From NCBI GenBank assembly GCA_963664225.1, contig OY760937.1, positions 3,648,001 to 3,712,000 on the forward strand: a stretch of 64,000 nt of DNA. Direction: 5' to 3'. The position numbers were made by a program, and so were the translations under genes. Numbering within the stretch: position 1 is the stretch's first letter; every line of letters starts with the position of its first letter. Source of the DNA: Verrucomicrobiia bacterium. Lineage in GTDB: Bacteria; Verrucomicrobiota; Verrucomicrobiia; Limisphaerales; UBA1319. Positions 18,408-25,912 of this stretch are shown piece after piece. The notes beneath the pieces are model-generated. The model did not search any database. It was not told where the DNA came from and saw nothing but the letters and a program-made list of their open reading frames with translations.

Positions 18408-20780
18408 TTACTTTTTCAGCTCGGCGTTCAGACGGAGGGTTTCTCCGGCTTTAAGTGTCAAGGCTGCCGTCTTCTCTCCATAACGCGCCTTGAAGGCTCC
18501 GCCGGTCACGCTATGAATTTCCGCCGTTTGAAGTTTCCCATCCTTCCACTGGAGATTGACTTCCAGGCCGCCACGGGCCCGCAAGCCCTTCACACTGCCC
18601 GTGGGCCACGCCGCAGGCAGGGCGGGCAGAAGTTCGATCAGGTCGTTCTGGCTTTGCAGCAGCATTTCGGCAATGCCGGCCGTGCCACCGAAATTGCCGT
18701 CGATCTGGAAGGGCGGATGCGCGTCGAACATGTCGGGATAGGTGCGCTCCGGACTGAGCAGATATTGGAGAATGCTGTAGGCGTGATTCCCATCATGCAG
18801 TCTGGCCCAGAGGGCAAACCGCCAGGCCGTGGCCCAGCCCGTGGCCTTGTCGCCGCGCAGTTCCAGGGATTTTTTCACCGCCGCCGCAAGCTCGGGCGTC
18901 GTGCGCAAATCGATTTGCCCGCTGGGATACAAACCGTAAAGGTGCGAAACATGACGGTGATGACTGTCCGTTCCCGGCTTGTCATCCCAATCCTTCAACC
19001 ATTCCTGAAGCTGACCCTCCCACCCGATCTGCATGGGAGCCAGTTTCTCGCGCGTGGCGGAAACCTTGTCGCGAAACTCCTTGTCCACGCCCAGTGTTTC
19101 CGAGGCTTTGATGCAATTGGCAAACAGATCGCGCAGGATCTGCAGGTCCATCGTCGGACCGGCGCAAACGCTGGTTTTGCCTTCAGGATGGCCGTTTTCC
19201 GGTGAAACGGATGGGCTGGTCACGAGCCAGTGGTGGGTCGGTTCTTCAACCAGTGTGTCGAGGAAAAACTCCGCGGCGCCCTTCATGGCGGGATAAATCC
19301 GCTTCAAATATTCCGTATCGCCAGTGAACAGGTAGTGATCCCAGAGGTTCTGGCAAAGCCACGCGCCCCCGGTGGGCCAGATGCCGGAGAACGGCCCATC
19401 GATCGGAGCCGAAGCCCGCCACAAATCCGTGTTGTGATGAACCACCCAACCGCGCGCGTTATACATTTCCCTGGCCGTGCGGGCGCCCGTCTGCGTCAAA
19501 TCCAGCACCATGGCCGTCAGCGGCTCGATGCATTCGCCCATGTTGGCCGTGTCCACCGGCCAGTAATTCATTTCGGTATTGATGTTGATCGTGTATTTGC
19601 TGCCCCACGGTGGATTCATCGAATCATTCCAAATGCCCTGCAAATTCGCCGGCTGGCTGCCGGGACGCGACGAGCAAATGAGCAGATAACGGCCAAACTG
19701 GAAATACAGCGCGGCCAGTTGCGGATCGCCGCCCTCGGCGAAATGCGCAATGCGCTCATTGGTCGGCAGCTTCATCGCATCGGTTTCACCCAGATTCAAC
19801 GTGACACGGCGAAAGAGCCGTTGATGTTCCTTGGTGTGCGCCGCGAGCAGGGCCTTGAACGGTTTCTTCAGTGCGGCCGCAATCTGTTTCTTTGTAATCG
19901 CCTCGGGATCGGCGCTGGTGTCTTGAAAGCTCTTGTAGCTCGTGGCCGCGGCAACAAACAACGTCGCGGAATTGGCCCCGCTGACGCTGAGTGTGTTATT
20001 GGTTCCCGCCACGATTTTTCCTCCCTGCGCCAGAATATGAACGCGGGACTGGAACTTCAGCGCGCCCTTGATGCCTCCAGCCGATCCATTGACGCCGCTC
20101 ATGACCAATTCATTGGATTCGGCGGAAACCGTCGCCTTCTGCGGCGTCTTCATGCTGGCGACAAAGGAAATCTGGCCGGGCTTGTTTGCCGTAAGCCGCA
20201 CCACAATCACCTGGTCCACTGGGCTGGAAAACACTTCGCGCAAATACTCCACGCCGCCCGCGGAATAACTCACCTGGCTCACAGCGGTGTCGAGATTCAA
20301 GTCGCGGTAATAATTTTCAGGGGATTGTGCTCCTGGAAATTCGAGGAACAAATTACCCACCGTCTGATAGGGCATCTGACCGATCGGTTTGGCCATCATA
20401 TTCCGGCCAATCAATTTGTCGGCGTCATCGTACTTTCCATCGAAAATCAACTTCCGGATTTCCGGCAACGCGGCCAGCGTATTGGTGTTGTTGGGATTAT
20501 AGGGACCGCCCGCCCAAAGCGTGTCCTCATTGAGCTGGAGTTGCTCGCGTTCCACCCCGCCAAAAACCATCGCGCCGAGCCGGCCATTGCCCAGTGGCAA
20601 CGCCTCCGTCCAAACCTTGGCCGGCTGGCGATACCACAGGCTCAGCGGCGTGCGCTGCTTGGCAAGCTCCCTTTTGGCGGGGGTTGATGAACTGGGATCG
20701 GAACTGCCCTGTGCAGCATATGCGCCGTTGACCAACAGCGTGAATCCGAAAACCAAAATCGCGACTTTACAGTATTTCAT
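18408..20780 (-). CDS. GH95 family alpha-L-fucosidase
   Basis: EALPLGNGRLGAMVFG, FQFGRYLLI, NINTEMNYWP, HHRHVSHLYGL, FQIDGNFGGTAGIAEMLLQS. Confidence 0.93.
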   Translation of the reverse strand: MKYCKVAILVFGFTLLVNGAYAAQGSSDPSSSTPAKRELAKQRTPLSLWYRQPAKVWTEALPLGNGRLGAMVFGGVEREQLQLNEDTLWAGGPYNPNNTNTLAALPEIRKLIFDGKYDDADKLIGRNMMAKPIGQMPYQTVGNLFLEFPGAQSPENYYRDLNLDTAVSQVSYSAGGVEYLREVFSSPVDQVIVVRLTANKPGQISFVASMKTPQKATVSAESNELVMSGVNGSAGGIKGALKFQSRVHILAQGGKIVAGTNNTLSVSGANSATLFVAAATSYKSFQDTSADPEAITKKQIAAALKKPFKALLAAHTKEHQRLFRRVTLNLGETDAMKLPTNERIAHFAEGGDPQLAALYFQFGRYLLICSSRPGSQPANLQGIWNDSMNPPWGSKYTININTEMNYWPVDTANMGECIEPLTAMVLDLTQTGARTAREMYNARGWVVHHNTDLWRASAPIDGPFSGIWPTGGAWLCQNLWDHYLFTGDTEYLKRIYPAMKGAAEFFLDTLVEEPTHHWLVTSPSVSPENGHPEGKTSVCAGPTMDLQILRDLFANCIKASETLGVDKEFRDKVSATREKLAPMQIGWEGQLQEWLKDWDDKPGTDSHHRHVSHLYGLYPSGQIDLRTTPELAAAVKKSLELRGDKATGWATAWRFALWARLHDGNHAYSILQYLLSPERTYPDMFDAHPPFQIDGNFGGTAGIAEMLLQSQNDLIELLPALPAAWPTGSVKGLRARGGLEVNLQWKDGKLQTAEIHSVTGGAFKARYGEKTAALTLKAGETLRLNAELKK

Positions 20781-20948
20781 AATTTTTTTGTAAACGATCC
20801 GGCGGCGTGCATATAACAAGTAATCTGGCCACCTCCAGAATCACAGCTCTTTTTTCGGGGATGCCGCTCCGGGGGTGCATGGCAAAATTCTTCAGCATGC
20901 CGAAAAAGGCTTTATAACGACATGGAAGTGCGTCCGATGCTTTGTCCT

Positions 20949-21170
20949 TGTAGTCCGGGTGCCCCCACCCGGCGTCCGGAGAACAGCCCCTCAACCGAAT
21001 AATCCAATCGCGCGATTCGTCACTCCCGCCCTGCGAGGCACGAGCGGGGAGGGAGTTGGAGGGAGGGGATTCATTTTGGCTTTGAAAACACGTCTTTGTT
21101 CCAGAAGAATTTTCTCTCACTCCCGCGCTCCGGGGTGGGGGATCTGGCCAACGCCCTTGGGGAGGTCCGA
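20949..21170. repeat. Cluster of REP-like palindromic half-elements
   Basis: TGTAGTCCGGGTGCCCCCACCCGGCGTCC at about 20949 resembles the array motif at about 22198. CTCCCGCCCTGCGAGGCACGAGCGGGGAG..GAGGGG at about 21023. Confidence 0.5.
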
Positions 21171-21273
21171 AGATTTTCTCGAATCCGCTTGCCCCTGATT
21201 TTTAGTCTGCCATAGTCTTCACCGTTGTTGACGAACCCAAACAGGTTCGGCATCTTTTCTCGTTGTGGACATT

Positions 21274-21358
21274 GCCCGCGTGGCGGAATTGGCAGACGCG
21301 CTAGATTCAGGTTCTAGTGTTTAACGACGTACAGGTTCAAATCCTGTCGCGGGCACCA
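21274..21358 (+). tRNA. tRNA-Leu (CAG)
   Basis: GCCCGCG acceptor stem paired with CGCGGGC; D-arm TGGCGGAATTGGCAGAC; anticodon arm CTAGA-TTCAGGT-TCTAG; long variable arm; GGTTCAAATCC T-arm; encoded CCA. Confidence 0.97.
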
Positions 21359-21459
21359 TCACTTTCCCCCTTTAAAATCAGGGTTTTCAAGCGTAAACAT
21401 CCCCTCCAAAAAGGGCTCGCAGTACACCTACAGTACAATGTTTATTAGGGCTGCGCATT

Positions 21460-21582
21460 ATGGAACCGTCTAATCCACATAAAAAGGTTCTGGTAGAACT
21501 CTATGGCCATGAATGGCCGGTTTATCCCCTAAAATGCCGCAATTCAACGGTTTATCGCGTCTTCCACCGTGTCGATGGGTAG
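21460..21582 (+). pseudogene. Possible truncated N-terminus of a tRNA-associated integrase
   Basis: 40-aa ORF MEPSNPHKKVLVELYGHEWPVYPLKCRNSTVYRVFHRVDG* 100 bp after the tRNA, preceded by CAGTACA direct repeats at 21420 and 21431. Position and beta-rich basic sequence are suggestive only. Confidence 0.3.
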
Positions 21583-21601
21583 CACCGGATTTCCATCTCA
21601 T

Positions 21602-21702
21602 TATCCCGAAGGGATTAAATCATTCAGCCCCGGGTCGCGAGGCACGAGCCACCCGGGGTCCCCGTCCCCCAGGAAATCCCAACGCTGTAGGCGTTGAATC
21701 AA
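21602..21702. repeat. REP-like element (copy 2)
   Basis: TATCCCGAAGGGATTAAATCATTCAGCCCCGGGTCGCGAGGCACGAGCCACCCGGGGT...AACGCTGTAGGCGTTGAATCAA; matches 9263-9362. A degenerate partial copy lies at about 23901-23950. Confidence 0.75.
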
Positions 21703-21723
21703 ATCCCATCCTCCAATCCCGTC

Positions 21724-23873
21724 CATTCCCCCTTTCGTTTCCGCCACACGCAATGGCCCGTAGCGTGACGACGGTTGAAACACCCATGGCGGAGCGCCGA
21801 CTTTTAGTCGGCTTAACGCCTCCGATAAACCAGTTTGCGGGTATCGCTGCTCATCGGTTAAAACCCATCCCGTCCTGACTTTTTGTCTTATTCACTACTT
21901 CGCGCGAACCTTAAATTCCATTTTATTAGCGTCTATTACCGAGGATTAGCGGTTTCCTCCCTTCCGGCTCACCCCAGTCTCCCTCGGTATGGAGTCTCGG
22001 CTTCAGCCTGCGTGGACCGCTATGAAATCGAGCGGCTTGTAGCATTCGCAGCCTTCCAGCCGTAGCGCAGACATCCTGTCTGCTGTATCGCAGATTTCCA
22101 ATCTGCAATCGTTGATCCTCCTCAATCGTGCTTAAATGAACAGGTCTGTACCTCTGCTTCAGCCAGTCAGATCATCATATTATCCGCCGCATCAACTTGT
22201 AGGCCGTGTCCCCCGACCCGGCGTCCCTCGGTATGGAGTCCCGGCTTCAGCCGGTTCGGTCACCGTATCGCAGAGGCATTTGAACTCGCGCAACCCTTCG
22301 AAATTCAAAATCCCTCCTGCATTCCCCCTTTCGTTTTCGCCACACGCAATGGCCCGTAGCGTGACGACGGTTGAAACACCCATGGCGGAGCGCCGACTTT
22401 TAGCCGGCTTAACGCCTCCGATAAACCAGTTGGCGGGTATCGCTGCTCATCGGTTAAAACCCATCCCGTCCTGACTTTTTGTTTTATTCACTACTTCGCG
22501 CGAACCTTAAATTCCATTTTATTAGCGTCTATTACCGAGGATTAGCGGTTTCCTCCCTTCAGGCTCACCCTGGCGTCCCTCGGTATGGAGTCCCGGCTTC
22601 AGCCTGCGTGGACCGCTATGAAATCGAGCGGCTTGTAGCATTCGCAGCCTTCCAGCCGTAGCGCAGACATCCTGTCTGCCGTATCGCAGATTTCCAATCT
22701 GCAATCGTTGATCCTCCTCAATCGTGCTTAAATGATCAGGTCTGCACCCTGCTTCAGCCAGTCAGATCATCATATTATCCGCCGCATCAACTTGTAGGTC
22801 GTGTCCCCCGACCCGGCGTCCCTCGGTATGGAGTCCCGGCTTCAGCCGGTTCGGTAATCGTATCGCAGAGGCATTTGAACTCGCGCAACCCTTCGAAATT
22901 CAAAATCCCTCCTGCATTCCCCCATTCGTTTTCGCCACACGCAATGGCCCGTAGCGTGACGACGGTTGAAACACCCATGGCGGAGCGCCGACTTTTAGTC
23001 GGCTTAACGCCTCCGATAAACCAGTTGGCGGCTATCACTGCTCATCGGTTAAAACCCATCCCGTCCTGACTTTTTGTCTTATTCACTACTTCGCGCGAAC
23101 CTTAAATTCCATTTTATTAGCGTCTATTACCGAGGATTAGCGGTTTCCTCCCTTCAGGCTCACCCTGGCGTCCCTCGGTATGGAGTCCCGGCTTCAGCCG
23201 GTTCGGCCATCGTATCGCAGAGGCATTTGAACTCGCGCAACCCTTCGAAATTCAAAATCCCTCCTGCATTCCCCCTTTCGTTTCCTCCACACGCAATGGC
23301 CCGTAGCGTGACGACGGTTGAAACACCCATGGCGGAGCGCCGACTTTTAGCCGGCTTAACGCCTCCGATAAACCAGTTGGCGGGTATCGCTGCTCATCGG
23401 TTAAAAACCCATCCCGTCCTGACTTTTTGTCTTATTCACTACTTCGCGCGAACCTTAAATTCCATTTTATTAGCGTCAATTACCGAGGATTAGCGGTTTC
23501 CACCCTTCCGGCTCACCCTGGCGTCCCTCGGTATGGAGTCCCGGCTTCAGCCTGCGTGGACCGCTATGAAATCGAGCGGCTTGTAGCATTCGCAGCCTTC
23601 CAGCCGTAGCGCAGACATCCTGTCTGCCGTATCGCAGATTTCCAATCTGCAATCGTTGATCCTCCTCAATCGCGCTTAAATGATCAGGTCTGCACCCTGC
23701 TTCAGCCAGTCAGATCATCATATTATCCGCCGCATCAACTTGTAGGCCGGGTCCCCCGATCCGGCGTCCCTCGGTATGGAGTCCCGGCTTCAGCCGGTTC
23801 GGTCACCGTATCGCAGAGGCATTTGAACCCGCGCAACCCTTCGAAACTCAAAATCCCTCCTACATTCCCCCTT
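21724..23873. repeat. Tandem array of about 596-bp non-coding units (3 full + 1 internally deleted)
   Basis: Unit starts ATTCCCC at 21725, 22321, 22916, 23268, 23864 (periods 596, 595, 352, 596). Units differ by only scattered substitutions and 1-bp indels. Confidence 0.95.
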
Positions 23874-23967
23874 GCCGCCCATCCTCCGGGCTATGCGGAA
23901 CGCACTGCAATCATTCAGCCCACGTTGCCGTGGAAATGCTACCCCGGGTCGCGCGTTACAGTTTTTT

Positions 23968-24008
23968 GCGGTCAGCTGCAGTCAATCGGAATTTAACCGG
24001 TTGACCGA
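23968..24008. repeat. Left copy of about 40-bp direct repeat flanking the hcp cassette
   Basis: GCGGTCAGCTGCAGTCAATCGGAATTTAACCGGTTGACCGA; similar to 25746-25785. Confidence 0.6.
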
Positions 24009-24151
24009 TATCGTGCCTGGATGTCGCCCATACAAACGCCCTGTCCCGATTCGTTTGACAAATCCGATCGATGACGCGTATTTCTTAAATACGCCGGACG
24101 GCCCACGGCAACGCTGGCCATAACGGTAATTTATTCCATAAAGGTGACGCT

Positions 24152-24802
24152 ATGAATCGAAAAAATCTCCTCTTTCTTTTGTTCGGGCTGGCAAGTCTCC
24201 TGGCCTCAATCCAGGCTTCCGCACAGGGAACCTTGACGCCACCTGGAGCCCCTGCGCCCACCATGCGATCGCTCGATCAGATTTATAACGAAGTCACCAA
24301 ACTTACACCGGCCAGCCCGCTGCTCCTGACGTCGCCTCTGAGTCCCACCCAGCAAGGCGTCATCCATATGGCCGCCAGGGGCCAAAAGCAGGGTGACATC
24401 AAAGGCGAATGCACCATTACAGGATTGGAAAACACCACCGTATGCATTGGCTTCACGCATGAAGTGGTCAGTCCACGGGATGCAACGACGGGCCTGCCCA
24501 CCGGCAAGCGCCAGCATAAACCACTGACCATCACCAAGTATATCGACAAAACCACACCCTTGTTCTACAGCGCGCTGGTGAACAACGAGATTCTGACCGC
24601 GGTTTCCTTCAACTTCTTCCAGACCGACTCGAAAAACCAAACCACCAATTATTACCGGATCAAACTCACCAACGCCAGCCTGGTCGATATTCGCAGCAGC
24701 GATCCCAGCCAGGAAACCTTCCAATTCACTTACCAAAAGATCGAATGGAATTACGTGCCTTCAGGAATATTCGCCACGGATGATTGGTCGGTTTCGCCCT
24801 GA
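24152..24802 (+). CDS. hcp: Hcp/TssD (T6SS tube) domain protein with N-terminal signal peptide and PPGAPAPTM motif
   Basis: Residues about 70-216: GQKQGDIKGE..HEVVSPRDATTGLPTGKRQHKPLTITKYIDKTTPLFYSALVNNE..YYRIKLTNASLVDI..ETFQFTYQKIEW..DDW, classic Hcp1 motifs. N-terminus MNRKNLLFLLFGLASLLASIQASA|QG. Confidence 0.9.
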   Translation: MNRKNLLFLLFGLASLLASIQASAQGTLTPPGAPAPTMRSLDQIYNEVTKLTPASPLLLTSPLSPTQQGVIHMAARGQKQGDIKGECTITGLENTTVCIGFTHEVVSPRDATTGLPTGKRQHKPLTITKYIDKTTPLFYSALVNNEILTAVSFNFFQTDSKNQTTNYYRIKLTNASLVDIRSSDPSQETFQFTYQKIEWNYVPSGIFATDDWSVSP

Positions 24803-24829
24803 TTGCCCGGTCCGGAATTGGGATGGATT

Positions 24830-25720
24830 ATGAAACGATCTATCGTTTGGCTGTTGGTTTCAATCTGCCTGACTTTCTCCACACGGGCCGCCACCACGGT
24901 CAGTCAGACCAACCACTTTGCCTATGCCTCCAACCTGGGCTGGGTGGACTGGCGCGGAGACATCAGCAATGGGGCCACCATTGGCGACTACCTTTGCTCC
25001 GGTTACCTCTATGCGGCCAACGTGGGTTGGATCAACCTGGGAAGGGGGATGCCGCGAAACGGGATCCGCTACGGCAATCTCGCCGCGGCTGATTTCGGGG
25101 TGAATCACGACGGGGCGGGCAACCTCCAGGGCTATGCCTGGGGCGCGAACATCGGCTGGCTGACTTTTACCAACCGCGACGCCACCGGGAAGATTTACGA
25201 CGGGCCGCGCGTCAATCTCATCACCGGCCAGCTCAGTGGCTGGGTATGGGGCGCCAACGTGGGCTGGATCAGCCTTGGCAACGCCGTCGCGTTCGTCCAG
25301 GTGAATCGCCTGCAATCCGGAACCGACGCGGATCGCGATGGCATTTCCGACGCCTGGGAATTGGATCACTTCGGCAACCTGACCACCGCAAATGCCACGA
25401 GCGATCAGGACGGTGACGGCCTTGGCGATCTACAGGAGTATCTCGCTGGCACTGATCCGAAACAGGCTGCCAGCAACTTGAAGGGCGCGCTCGCACCATC
25501 TCCGGCCGGTCCCGTCCTTGTTTTTACCTGGTTGAGTCAGCCGGGCTGCCAATATCGAATTCTGCAAACCGACAGCCTGACGCCTCCAGTTTCCTGGTCG
25601 GACATGGGATTGGGCTGGATAAATCCCGATCCCGGAGGACCCGCCATCCATCAGATCGACATGAACGGAGCGGCCAGCGCTTTTTATCGCCTCGAAGCCA
25701 TCAAACCGCTTGGACCATGA
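24830..25720 (+). CDS. Secreted protein with four (Y/W)xxxxNxGW repeats, DxDxDG Ca-binding-like repeats and C-terminal 'FYR' module
   Basis: Signal peptide MKRSIVWLLVSICLTFSTRA; AYASNLGWVDW, LYAANVGWINL, AWGANIGWLTF, VWGANVGWISL; DADRDGISDAWE, DQDGDGLGDLQEYLAGTDP; ends AFYRLEAIKPLGP. Confidence 0.8.
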   Translation: MKRSIVWLLVSICLTFSTRAATTVSQTNHFAYASNLGWVDWRGDISNGATIGDYLCSGYLYAANVGWINLGRGMPRNGIRYGNLAAADFGVNHDGAGNLQGYAWGANIGWLTFTNRDATGKIYDGPRVNLITGQLSGWVWGANVGWISLGNAVAFVQVNRLQSGTDADRDGISDAWELDHFGNLTTANATSDQDGDGLGDLQEYLAGTDPKQAASNLKGALAPSPAGPVLVFTWLSQPGCQYRILQTDSLTPPVSWSDMGLGWINPDPGGPAIHQIDMNGAASAFYRLEAIKPLGP

Positions 25721-25745
25721 CACGCAGCACACTTTTGCGGGTGTC

Positions 25746-25785
25746 GCGGTCAACCGCAGTCAACCGCAGTCAACCGGTTGACCGA
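25746..25785. repeat. Right copy of about 40-bp direct repeat flanking the hcp cassette
   Basis: GCGGTCAACCGCAGTCAACCGCAGTCAACCGGTTGACCGA: three GTCAACCG units at 10-bp period plus an inverted copy. Confidence 0.65.
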
Positions 25786-25912
25786 CGTTTTCATGATGTA
25801 TTCCTCACGTTATGGAATTTATGAGAACTCGTGCATGGTGCTGGGAGTGATAGGTTTACGGATGTGAAAAAACAAGCCGGAGTGAGTTGAACTTTGCAGA
25901 AACAAAGTGAAA

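Noticed and set aside
16146..20687. Long antisense ORFs (e.g. 19230-20687, 16890-17930)
   Set aside because: Shadow frames opposite well-supported GH92/GH95 genes in GC-rich DNA, with no motifs of their own.
21513..23609. Repeated small ORFs (e.g. MSYSLLRANLKF.., ..MARSVTTVETP..) as a peptide or toxin array
   Set aside because: They are by-products of the DNA repeat: mostly TTG starts, frames broken by 1-bp indels between units, and no recognisable motif.
21980..23795. CRISPR array (seven ~29-bp repeats)
   Set aside because: Intervening segments are 215-325 bp and are themselves repeated, not unique 30-40 bp spacers; no cas genes in the window.
24152..24802. Evidence of a T6SS locus or prophage tail
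   Set aside because: No sheath, baseplate, VgrG/PAAR or phage genes anywhere in the window.
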